DNA from: Myxococcota bacterium
Lineage (GTDB): Bacteria > Myxococcota_A > Polyangia > Nannocystales > Nannocystaceae
Length of the DNA: 64,000 nt
Reading direction: 5' to 3'
NCBI GenBank assembly: GCA_039028615.1
Contig: JBCCHT010000002.1
Span: forward strand, 384,001 to 448,000
Numbering within the stretch: position 1 is the first letter of the stretch; each line of letters starts with the position of its first letter. The position numbers and the translations under genes are program-made. This document shows, one piece after another, positions 47,669 to 56,322 of this stretch. The notes under the pieces were generated by a model. That model did not search any database, was not told where the DNA came from, and worked only from the letters and a program-made list of their open reading frames with translations.

Positions 47669-49462
47669 TCAGTTCCCGATGCGAATCCCGTTGGGGCGCA
47701 GCTTGGGCGGCAGCGTGCCCGGCTCGCCGCAGCACCGCATCAGCGCCCGCACGACCATCGAGAACATCGCCTCGTGGGCCATCGCCGCGGGGCGGCCGTT
47801 GTTGAGCACCATGCCGTCGACGAAGCCATCGTCCCGGAACTCCTCGAGCAGCTGCGGGTCGCGGCTGAACACGTGCACGGGCACGTCGTAGCTCTCGTTG
47901 GCATCCGAGACCAAGGGCGGCTGGTGGTCGCCCATGATGATGACGAGCTTGTCGCCCTCGACGCTCTCGAGATGGCTGGTGAGCACCTCGAGGTCGTAGT
48001 CGATGGTGGCCACGAACGAGTCGAGCTGCAGGCCGCTCACCTCGCCCATGTACGCGTAGCGCGGGGCCTTGAAGCGTCGAAAGTGGCGCACGCGGTCTCC
48101 GACCTCCTTGAGGCTCGCCGCGTCGACCGTCAGCTCGGGCCCCGGCCCTTCCTCGTCGGCACTCGGCTCGCCCAGGACCCGCCAGTCATCGACCACCGAG
48201 GGCACGATGCTCCACGGCGCATGCGAGGAGACCATGTGGAAGTTGGTGAAGATCGGGCCGTCGGCGCGCGAGAAGACGTTGTCGTGGGCGAAGCCGAGGC
48301 TGTACTGATCGGGGATGATCCCCCAGCCGATCGAAGGGCCCTCGTACTCGAGGTCGAGCGCGAACACGGTGGTGTCGTAGGCGTAGCGGTTCTCGAGCAC
48401 CGCCCCCGGCCGCGCCCGATCCTTGGGCGCGAGCAGGATCGTCTGGTAGCCGTTGGCGTCGAGGAAACGGACGAGGTTCGGCGTGTTGGCCACGTCGTCG
48501 ACCAAGTGCCGGAACACCGACTCGTAGCGCACCTTGATCCCCGTGAGCAGGGTCGCCTCGGCCATCCACGACCCGCCGCCGCTGACCGGCGCCTCGCTGA
48601 AGCCGCTGACGACGTGCCACCCCGCCTCGTCGAGCCGCTCGCCGTAGTGGGTCAGGCGGTCGTGCCAATCCGCCGCGATTTCGGGGTGAGAAAACAGGAT
48701 GCGCCCGTAGCTCTCGACGAGGAACAGCTGCACGTCGGGCTTGCGCTCGAGTCGGAACTGCTCGCGGTATCGAGCATACGGCGATCCCTCGATGCCTCGC
48801 TGGATCCGCGCGTAGATCTCCATCGACTTGCCGAGATTGCGGCTCATCGCTGGCGTCGTCCACACCACCCCCGCGGTGTAGCGCCCGCCGGAAGTCGGCA
48901 TGCGACCAATGGCGGCAGAGCTTCCCACCATCACGACCAGCAACCCCAGGGTGATGCCTCCCGTGCGCAGCGGCGGCCCGGACGCGAGCGTGTTCACCAG
49001 CCATCGAAACAGGCGCAACCCCAGCCACCCCAACAACCCGAGCAGCGCCAGCACGACGATGAGAACCACCGCCCGGAACACGCTCCACAGGTCCATGATC
49101 AGCACGCCGACGTGCTTGGCCAGAAACAGCTGATCGTAGAGCAGTGGCTCCTGCCGCACGATGGTCAGCCCAATCACGCAGATCCACATGTACAGCCACA
49201 GCACGAAGCCGACCGTGAGCGCGGCGCGACGGACCCATGCGGCGTAGCGAAACTTCGCCGTGATCGCGCACAGCGCCACGATGACGAGCGCATCCCCACA
49301 CGGACGCAGCAGAAGCAGCGGCTGCCGCGGCAGCTCTCGGATCACGGCGGGCAACACGAACAGGGCGTTGAGCACGACCAGGCTCACCCACGGCGCCGCC
49401 GACCGCAGCCAGGGCGGGATCCTCGATCCGAGGCTCGACGAGGATGAAGCAGGTTGATCCAT
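47669..49462 (-). CDS. Membrane-anchored alkaline-phosphatase-superfamily (sulfatase/LtaS-like) transferase
   Basis: About 5 N-terminal TM helices; FLVESYG, GGGSW, SSHAPW, MGDHQP metal-binding motifs. Confidence 0.82.
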   Translation of the reverse strand: MDQPASSSSSLGSRIPPWLRSAAPWVSLVVLNALFVLPAVIRELPRQPLLLLRPCGDALVIVALCAITAKFRYAAWVRRAALTVGFVLWLYMWICVIGLTIVRQEPLLYDQLFLAKHVGVLIMDLWSVFRAVVLIVVLALLGLLGWLGLRLFRWLVNTLASGPPLRTGGITLGLLVVMVGSSAAIGRMPTSGGRYTAGVVWTTPAMSRNLGKSMEIYARIQRGIEGSPYARYREQFRLERKPDVQLFLVESYGRILFSHPEIAADWHDRLTHYGERLDEAGWHVVSGFSEAPVSGGGSWMAEATLLTGIKVRYESVFRHLVDDVANTPNLVRFLDANGYQTILLAPKDRARPGAVLENRYAYDTTVFALDLEYEGPSIGWGIIPDQYSLGFAHDNVFSRADGPIFTNFHMVSSHAPWSIVPSVVDDWRVLGEPSADEEGPGPELTVDAASLKEVGDRVRHFRRFKAPRYAYMGEVSGLQLDSFVATIDYDLEVLTSHLESVEGDKLVIIMGDHQPPLVSDANESYDVPVHVFSRDPQLLEEFRDDGFVDGMVLNNGRPAAMAHEAMFSMVVRALMRCCGEPGTLPPKLRPNGIRIGN

Positions 49463-49562
49463 TGGGACCGGAAGCCTGCCACAGCTTGCCGAACGCCATC
49501 GAGTCTCAGCATCATCGTCCTTCGTCCCGATTTCACGTACAGTTCGGTCTCCGTCCCCGCCC

Positions 49563-50516
49563 GTGAGCAGCGCCCTTCAATCCACGCCCCACGAACTCCA
49601 CGGCCCCGATCTCGCGGGGGCGTGGCAGCTGGTTTCGTCGTTGCGCGCGCGCATCTCCACGCACGGGCCGATCATGCACGCGACCGGCTTGTGCCTCGAC
49701 CGCGCGGGTGAGCTGCAAGAGGTGGCCTGCGCCGACGGCTGGATCGTCGCCGATCCGGGGCTCGAGTCCGGCTGGGCCTACTCGGCCACGATCGCGAGCT
49801 CGGACGCCCGGGTGGGGCAGCTGCTCGACCTGTACATGCCGCTGTGCGTCGGCGCGGCGTCGCGGCGGCTCGTGGTCGCCCACCTCGCGCAGTCCCTCGA
49901 CGGTCGCATCGCCACCAACAACGGCGTCTCGCAGTTCATCAGCGGGCACGAAGACCTCGAGCACACGCACCGTCTGCGCGCCCTGGTCGACGCGGTGGTC
50001 GTGGGCGCCTCGACGGTCGAGCACGACGACCCGCGCCTCACCACCCGCCTGTGCCCGGGGGCCAACCCGGTGCGCGTCGTCATCGACCCGCGCGGGCGCA
50101 CCAGCGTCGACCGACGCCTCGTCGACGACACCGAGGCCCGCACGCTCATCATCCGCGGCGCCGGCCTCCCGCATAGCCACGACCTCACGGGCGCCCCCGT
50201 CGAGATCGTCGAGCTCGAGACCGACGATCAGGGCTGGCTGCCGATCCCCTCCATCATCGAGGCCCTCCACGCCCGTGGCATCGAGCGCATGATGATCGAG
50301 GGCGGCGGCCTCACCGTCTCCCGCTTCTTGGTGGCCGGGCTCGTCGATCGCCTGCACCTGTCGGTCTCGCCCGTCATCATCGGCTCCGGCCGGCCCGCGT
50401 TCACCTTCCCCGAGGTCTTCGATCTCGAGTCGGTCACGCACCTGCAGCCGCGTCAGTTCCAGCTCGGCCGCGACGTCTTGTTCGACTGTCCGCTGACGTC
50501 GAAGTCGAGCCCATGA
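49563..50516 (+). CDS. RibD C-terminal (pyrimidine reductase/DHFR-fold) family protein
   Basis: HLAQSLDGRIAT, HRLRALVDAVVVGASTVEHDDPRLTTR, MIEGGG, PVIIGSG; no deaminase HAE/PCxxC domain. Confidence 0.9.
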   Translation: MSSALQSTPHELHGPDLAGAWQLVSSLRARISTHGPIMHATGLCLDRAGELQEVACADGWIVADPGLESGWAYSATIASSDARVGQLLDLYMPLCVGAASRRLVVAHLAQSLDGRIATNNGVSQFISGHEDLEHTHRLRALVDAVVVGASTVEHDDPRLTTRLCPGANPVRVVIDPRGRTSVDRRLVDDTEARTLIIRGAGLPHSHDLTGAPVEIVELETDDQGWLPIPSIIEALHARGIERMMIEGGGLTVSRFLVAGLVDRLHLSVSPVIIGSGRPAFTFPEVFDLESVTHLQPRQFQLGRDVLFDCPLTSKSSP

Positions 50517-51544
50517 TCTCGCTGGTGGTCCCGGCCTTGTCCGGGCCCAACACCGGGGGCACTCGCTTCAACCGACGCCTGGTCGCGGCGCTCCGCGACG
50601 GGGGACAGCCCGTGCAGGTCCGGGACTTCGATACGGCCCTGGACGCGATCGGGCACCCGATGGCCCTGCCGTGGATCGACAGCCTGTGGCTCCCGCGGCT
50701 CGGCGAGTGGCTGGCCGCGGCCCAGCGCGTGGGCGTGCCCGCTCGATTCGGCCTGCTCACGCACTATCTGCCCGCGCTGGTAGAGCACGGCGAGCGACCG
50801 CCAGCAGCCGGCCTGTCCGAGGGCGAGGCGCTGGCGCTGCGTCATGCCGAGGCCTTCCTCGTGCCCAGCGAGTACCTGGCCTCGGAGCTTCGGGCGCTGG
50901 GGGTCGACCCGTCGCGGATCTCGGTGCTCGAACCCGGGCTCGACCTTCCCGTCGAGCCCACGCCGGGCGATCCGACGTCGACGACCCGAGCGGTGATGCT
51001 CGCCAACGTCGTCGAGGGCAAGGGCGTTGCTCCCCTGCTCGATGCCCTGGCGAAACGCCTGCACGACGACGATGCGCTCGAGCTCCGCCTCATCGGTAGC
51101 CTGGAGATGGAGCCCGGCTACGCCCAGCGCTGTGCCGTAAACGTGCGCGAGCACCCCGCGCTGAGCCCCCGCGTCCACCTGACCGGCCCCGCCTCGCATG
51201 AGAACTGCATTCACGCGCTGCTCGAGGCCGACGTGCTCCTGTCGGCCTCGCGCATGGAGTCCTACGGCATGGCGCTCGCCGAGGCCCGCGGCTGCGGGCG
51301 GCCCGTCATCGCGCGCAAGGGCGGCAACGCGAGCGCCCACGTTCGTACGGAGTGGGGCGGACGACTCGTCGACGACGAGACCGCCGTGGCCGACGCGCTC
51401 GTCGAGTTTGCTCGCGACACCGAAGCTCGCCGCGAACGCAGTCGGCTCGCCTGGACCCATCGCCTGCAGCGGACGTGGTCGGCCTGCGCCAACGATCTAC
51501 TCGCGGCGCTCGCCGACCGGTCCGCGCCACGACCACCACAGTGA
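50513..51544 (+). CDS. Glycosyltransferase family 4
   Basis: TGGTRFNRR, KGV, SRMESYGMALAEA (ExxG...E); 4-bp overlap with the RibD-like gene. Confidence 0.9.
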   Translation: MISLVVPALSGPNTGGTRFNRRLVAALRDGGQPVQVRDFDTALDAIGHPMALPWIDSLWLPRLGEWLAAAQRVGVPARFGLLTHYLPALVEHGERPPAAGLSEGEALALRHAEAFLVPSEYLASELRALGVDPSRISVLEPGLDLPVEPTPGDPTSTTRAVMLANVVEGKGVAPLLDALAKRLHDDDALELRLIGSLEMEPGYAQRCAVNVREHPALSPRVHLTGPASHENCIHALLEADVLLSASRMESYGMALAEARGCGRPVIARKGGNASAHVRTEWGGRLVDDETAVADALVEFARDTEARRERSRLAWTHRLQRTWSACANDLLAALADRSAPRPPQ

Positions 51545-52186
51545 GTGGGCAAACGACCCGATGATGAGCAGCGACGCCAGCTGCACCGCGCCCGCCGTCA
51601 GCCAGCACGGCCACACCATCACCCCGATGAACGTGCAGACCAGGATGCCGAAGGCGTTGCGGGCCAGGGCGTTGCGAGGCACTTCGCCGTGCAGCTGCAG
51701 CCCCGAGACCACCAGGACGTAGCCGTAGCGCAGGCCGCCCACGATCAAGACCCAGCCCGGCGCCAAGTCGGCCTGCACCAGCGCTCCCGTCACCACCGCG
51801 ACCATGAACGCATCCGCCTCTTGGTCGAAGGCCGCGCCGAACTTCGTGGCCGTCCCCGTGCGCCGCGCCCACCAGCCGTCGAGGGCATCGAGGCCGAAGA
51901 TCACCAGCACCAGCCATCCCCCCCAGGGGATGAGCGGTCCGGGCGATAACCAGGCGACCCACACGACCAAGGCGATCCGCAGCGCGGTCACCGAGTTGGC
52001 GAAGCCGAAGCGCCGCGGCGCCCGCCAGGCGGCTCGGTTCGCGGCGAGCCAGCGCACGAACGCCAACAACCCCAGCAAGACGAGCCCCTCCAGGCGACGG
52101 GTGAACGCGACCAACACCACACCGCCGAGCATGGCCTCGGCGAGGGCCAGCGTAGCTCGCTGCTCAGGGGGAAGGCGTCGGGGCAT
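51497..52186 (-). CDS. CDP-alcohol phosphatidyltransferase family protein
   Basis: ANSVTALR; DALDGWWARRTGTATKFGAAFDQEAD = DxxDGxxAR...GxxxDxxxD. Confidence 0.93.
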   Translation of the reverse strand: MPRRLPPEQRATLALAEAMLGGVVLVAFTRRLEGLVLLGLLAFVRWLAANRAAWRAPRRFGFANSVTALRIALVVWVAWLSPGPLIPWGGWLVLVIFGLDALDGWWARRTGTATKFGAAFDQEADAFMVAVVTGALVQADLAPGWVLIVGGLRYGYVLVVSGLQLHGEVPRNALARNAFGILVCTFIGVMVWPCWLTAGAVQLASLLIIGSFAHSLWWSWRGPVGERRE

Positions 52187-53141
52187 GGTCGGGGCGTCGT
52201 CGTTGGAGCAGCAGCGGCACGGCCCCGGGCAGGGCGCCGAGCAGGCTCACGACTCCGAAGATAGCCGCACTCGCAGCCCCCTGCGCAACCGGGATGTCGG
52301 CGAGCTGGAACAAGGCCATCGCGCTGAGTTCACGCACCCCCCAGCCCCCCACCGTCAGCGGGAGCATGGTCGCGGCGAGAATGAAGGGCACGATCAGCAG
52401 CGCCTGCCCCACCGTCATCGAGGAGCCGATGGCGACGGCGCCGCAGTAGAACATCGCCACCAGTAGGCCGAGACCCGCGAGCGAGCTGAGCCCTTGCACG
52501 AGCGGGGCGATGCCGCTGAACACCGCAACCCGCAGCTCCTCGCGCACCCGCGACAGTGCCTGTCCGGCCCGAGTCTGAGCAAAGCCCGGTCGCCGAGCGA
52601 AGAGCACCACGCCGATCACCGCGAGCGCCACCACCCCCATCGTGCCGAGGATGGCGGCGAGATGGTCGTGCAGCCCCCACACGAGGGCGGCGACGAGCAG
52701 GACCGCCCACAGCACCGCTTGGCCCACGATGCGTTCGATCACCACCGAGCGCGCCACCAACCCCAGCGGACGCGCCTCCCCGTCCGTCTGGCGAGCGACC
52801 CGAGCCACATCGCCGAGCACGCCGCCGGGCAGCACGAAGTTGAGCAACACCGCCACGTAGTACTCGCGGCACGCGACCCCGAACGGAAGCTCCAGCCCCA
52901 TGCGGGTCGCGGTGAAGCTCCAGCGCCAGGCCATGGTCGCGAGCTGAGCGACCGACAACAGCAGCGCCAGCCCGAGCCAGCGCGGATCGGCCTGCCCTAC
53001 CTGGTCGACGATTTCCTGCAGGTCGAGCCACAGCAGCGTCGACGCCAACAGCCCCAGACCTATCGCCCATCGCAACCCGGCCGTGGCCAGCGGGTGGGCG
53101 CGGGCCCACTCGCGAAGCCGGGTCAGGGGCGAAGAGCTCAC
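52164..53141 (-). CDS. Lysylphosphatidylglycerol synthase TM-domain (UPF0104, flippase-like) membrane protein
   Basis: AWRW, LNFVLPGGVLGDVAR, SVVIER, LPLTVGGWGVRE; about 8 TM helices. Confidence 0.9.
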   Translation of the reverse strand: MSSSPLTRLREWARAHPLATAGLRWAIGLGLLASTLLWLDLQEIVDQVGQADPRWLGLALLLSVAQLATMAWRWSFTATRMGLELPFGVACREYYVAVLLNFVLPGGVLGDVARVARQTDGEARPLGLVARSVVIERIVGQAVLWAVLLVAALVWGLHDHLAAILGTMGVVALAVIGVVLFARRPGFAQTRAGQALSRVREELRVAVFSGIAPLVQGLSSLAGLGLLVAMFYCGAVAIGSSMTVGQALLIVPFILAATMLPLTVGGWGVRELSAMALFQLADIPVAQGAASAAIFGVVSLLGALPGAVPLLLQRRRPDHAPTPSP

Positions 53142-53536
53142 AAGGGGCCTTCGAAGGCCGCCCAGGCCGCGTGGGACTCACGAAGCACGATCTTGAGCGA
53201 CTTCAGTCCCTCCGAGCCGGGCCCGAGCTCGCCGGCCTCGATCTTCGCCTTCATCTTGTCGAACACCACCTTGGCCATGAACTCGGTGGTGGTGTTCTTG
53301 CCCTTCAGCTCGTCGATGTCGTCGAGGTTCCGATAGGAGTACTCGCCCATGATCGCCTCGAGGGCGGTCGTGGCTCGGCCGATGTCGACCACGAGCCCGT
53401 TGGCGTCGAGCGCTTCTCCGTGGAATTCCGCATCGACCACATAGGTCGCGCCGTGAAGCTTCTGCGCAGGTCCGAAGACCTCCCCCTTGAAGCTGTGAGC
53501 GATCATCATGTGGGCGCGAACGCAGACGGTGAACAT
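53138..53536 (-). CDS. 6-pyruvoyl-tetrahydropterin synthase / QueD family (COG0720) protein, atypical subtype
   Basis: IAHS, FGPAQKLHGATY, YRNLD, NTTTE, LRES; lacks the CxxxHGH motif of canonical QueD. Confidence 0.9.
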   Translation of the reverse strand: MFTVCVRAHMMIAHSFKGEVFGPAQKLHGATYVVDAEFHGEALDANGLVVDIGRATTALEAIMGEYSYRNLDDIDELKGKNTTTEFMAKVVFDKMKAKIEAGELGPGSEGLKSLKIVLRESHAAWAAFEGPL

Positions 53537-53539
53537 GGC

Positions 53540-54520
53540 TCAACCGTACACAACCCGGTGACACAGGACGAACGCGTCGGATTTGGTGACCTGGGCCATG
53601 GTCTGCGGCAGATCCTCGAAGCGGCTGTCGCCGTCGAGCAACGCGTCGAGAGCATCGTCGGCGAGAAGGCGCAGCGCCAGCTCGAGGCGGCGGCGGTAGG
53701 TCCACCGAGCGCGCCGCGGCAGCGGGATCGCACCGACCTGGGAGGAGATGATGCGAAGCCGTCGGGAGTGGAAGGCCCCGCCCAGCGACAGCGTGGCGGG
53801 TCGGTCGCCGAACCAGCTCATCTCCACCACGGTGGCCTCGGCGCCCGCCAGCTCCAGCGCACGCGACAGGGCGGCCGGCGATCCGCTGGTGTCGATCACC
53901 CGATCGAGCTCACCGCTCGCCTCCTCGGGCGATCGAAAGGGCACCCCCAGCGCGTCCGCGACCGCACGCTTGCGCTCGTCGAGATCGATGAGCTGGACCT
54001 CGCAGCCCGCGACCCGGGCGGCGAGATAGGCGACGAGGCAGCCCACCACCCCCGCACCGATCACCCCGACTCGATCGCCGATGCCGAGCTGTGCATCCCA
54101 CAGGCCGTTGATCGCGGTCTCCATGTTCGCCGCCAGCACCGCTCGCGACGCCGGCAGCCCGGCGGGCAACGGCACGACCGAGTCCGCCGCGACCGTGTAC
54201 CGGGTCTGATGCGGATACAGGCAAAAGACCTCCCGCCCGCGCAGCGATGCCTCGCCGTCCTCGACGACCCCGACATTGCAGTAGCCGTACTTGACCGGCC
54301 AGGGGAACTCGCCCTGCTGGTGCGGTCCCTTCATGCGGGCATGCTCGCTGGGCGGCACCCGACCGTGGAAGACCAACGACTCGGTCCCGCGGCTGATGGC
54401 GCTGTAGAGCGTCCGCACCAGCACCTGCCCTGGTCCGGGCGCGTCGATGGACTCGGCTCGAAGCTCGGACTTCGCCGGGCCCGTCACCCAGAATGCTCGT
54501 GCGTCATGGCTCCCGGTCAC
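53540..54520 (-). CDS. MDR-family (zinc-binding alcohol dehydrogenase-like) oxidoreductase
   Basis: PGPGQVLVRTLYSAISRGTE, FPWPVKYGY, GAGVVG Rossmann motif, FHSRRLRIISSQV. Confidence 0.9.
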   Translation of the reverse strand: MTGSHDARAFWVTGPAKSELRAESIDAPGPGQVLVRTLYSAISRGTESLVFHGRVPPSEHARMKGPHQQGEFPWPVKYGYCNVGVVEDGEASLRGREVFCLYPHQTRYTVAADSVVPLPAGLPASRAVLAANMETAINGLWDAQLGIGDRVGVIGAGVVGCLVAYLAARVAGCEVQLIDLDERKRAVADALGVPFRSPEEASGELDRVIDTSGSPAALSRALELAGAEATVVEMSWFGDRPATLSLGGAFHSRRLRIISSQVGAIPLPRRARWTYRRRLELALRLLADDALDALLDGDSRFEDLPQTMAQVTKSDAFVLCHRVVYG

Positions 54521-54584
54521 CGCACGCAGCAGGGTCCACGATGGCGAGGGGTTGTGCAATGCTACGCGTCGCATTCGCCGCCCC

Positions 54585-56273
54585 ATGAGCTCGACGCGCC
54601 CGCCCTGGCGACTCGCCACACCTTCGTTCGCCGCGGTGGGACTGCTGGCGACCATCGTCGTGTTCCTGTTCGTCCGTGAGCTGGGTACGCCTGTCTACGA
54701 CGACGCGTATTTCTTCAAGCGCTTCGCCCTCAACGCCATCGAGCACCAGACCCTCGCCTGGAACCTCGCGGATGGCCCCGTGCACGGGTGCACCAGCCAG
54801 GCCTTCGTGGTGGTGGCGATCATCGCCGCGCTGTTCAGCCACACGCACTACGTGGTGGTCATCAAGGGCATCGGCGCCGCGAGCCTGATGCTCGCGGGCG
54901 GCCTGCTCGCGCGCTGGGGCGCTCGCCATGCACCCGAGGGCTCGCCCGCCCCCATGCTCGTGCTGCTCGGGCTGGGCTCTCCCCTCGCGCTCAGCACCGT
55001 GCTGTCCGGGATGGAAACGGCCATGACCATGGCGGTGCTCGCCGGGGTGCTGGTGGTCATGCTCCGGCCCGGGACCGAGCCCGACGACGGGCCGAGCCCG
55101 CTCGTCGCTGCCCTGCTCACGGCGCTGGTCTACCTGTGTCGCCCTGATGTCGCGGTGGTCCCCGCCGTCGTCTACGCGGGTCATGCCTGGCGCGCGACCG
55201 GTCGCCTGCCGTGGCGCTACGCCCTGATGCTCGCCGCGTCGATCGGCGTGGTCTGGGCCGCGCTGTGGGCCTACTACGGCACGCCCCTGCCCTTGTCGTT
55301 CTACATGAAGACGGCCGGGGTGCAGTCCTACGGCGAGTTCATGATGAACGCCGCCGCCGAGCAAAAGCAGCTCCACGTCGGCCTGACCCTGCTGTTCGCG
55401 GCGCCGCTTTTGTGGATCGCGGGCCATCGCCGCGACCCGATCAACGTCGCCCTGCTCGCCGCGGTGGCCTCGCTGTGGGCCTACCACGCCGGCTTCACCA
55501 CCGAGATCATGGGCTATCGCGGGCGCTTTTACGCCCCGGGCTTCATCCCCCTGACGATGGCCGCCATGCGTGGACACGCGGCGTTCGTGGAGCGAGGCCG
55601 CCGTGGACTCGCGGTCGGCCTGCTGCTGGTGCTCACGGTGGTCATGGTGATCGGCTACCGGCAGCACTGGGTCCCGTCGTCGCAAGACGACCCGCTCAGC
55701 CAGGTGCTGTGGCCGAGCTACGCGGGCCTCGGGCTCGGGGCAGCGTGGGTGATGCTGGCCTCGCCGCGGATCGGGGCCCACATCCAGGGGCTGGGCCTGG
55801 GCGCCATCACCATCGCCGCCGTGCTCGGCTGGAAGCCCCCGGCCCTGTCGCCGTTGCGGGCCGACCACCAGCTGCTCCGACGACACGACCGTCAGGTCAC
55901 CACCACCCGCGGCATCTTCGACGTCGCACGCTGCCTGGAGACGCCCACCGTCTACCACTCGGAGATGGGCGTGACCGGGTTGGTCCTGTTTCGCTCTCGC
56001 GTGGTCGACCTCGTGGGCCTGCTGAGCGACAACCGACTACGCGGGGAGAGCTTCGAGCAGCAGTGCCAGCGCGACCAGCCGGAGGCCATCTTCCTGCCTC
56101 ATCGCGGCTATCGTGATCTGAACGCCGAGATCCAGCGGTCGTCCTGCATCGGCGACTACCAGCGCGTGGTCGACCGCTCGTCCTCGCCGCTGCACATTCG
56201 CCGCGATCTGGTCGCTGGATTCATGGCCTGCGCCCGTGACGTACAGCGCTTCCGCGCCCGCCCGAAGCGATGA
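54585..56273 (+). CDS. Polytopic membrane protein, GT-C-like glycosyltransferase
   Basis: DDAY after first TM, VHGCTS, SGMET, RPD, PLPLSFYMK, VVDLVGL; more than 10 TM segments. Confidence 0.72.
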   Translation: MSSTRPPWRLATPSFAAVGLLATIVVFLFVRELGTPVYDDAYFFKRFALNAIEHQTLAWNLADGPVHGCTSQAFVVVAIIAALFSHTHYVVVIKGIGAASLMLAGGLLARWGARHAPEGSPAPMLVLLGLGSPLALSTVLSGMETAMTMAVLAGVLVVMLRPGTEPDDGPSPLVAALLTALVYLCRPDVAVVPAVVYAGHAWRATGRLPWRYALMLAASIGVVWAALWAYYGTPLPLSFYMKTAGVQSYGEFMMNAAAEQKQLHVGLTLLFAAPLLWIAGHRRDPINVALLAAVASLWAYHAGFTTEIMGYRGRFYAPGFIPLTMAAMRGHAAFVERGRRGLAVGLLLVLTVVMVIGYRQHWVPSSQDDPLSQVLWPSYAGLGLGAAWVMLASPRIGAHIQGLGLGAITIAAVLGWKPPALSPLRADHQLLRRHDRQVTTTRGIFDVARCLETPTVYHSEMGVTGLVLFRSRVVDLVGLLSDNRLRGESFEQQCQRDQPEAIFLPHRGYRDLNAEIQRSSCIGDYQRVVDRSSSPLHIRRDLVAGFMACARDVQRFRARPKR

Positions 56274-56322
56274 GCCCCCGACCGCGACCGGCCGGGGGCT
56301 CGAGAGTCGATCTACGACGGAC

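Noticed and set aside
53138..53536. Annotation as queD (queuosine or 7-deazaguanine DNA modification)
   Set aside because: CxxxHGH motif absent and no queC/queE/folE/dpd genes in the window
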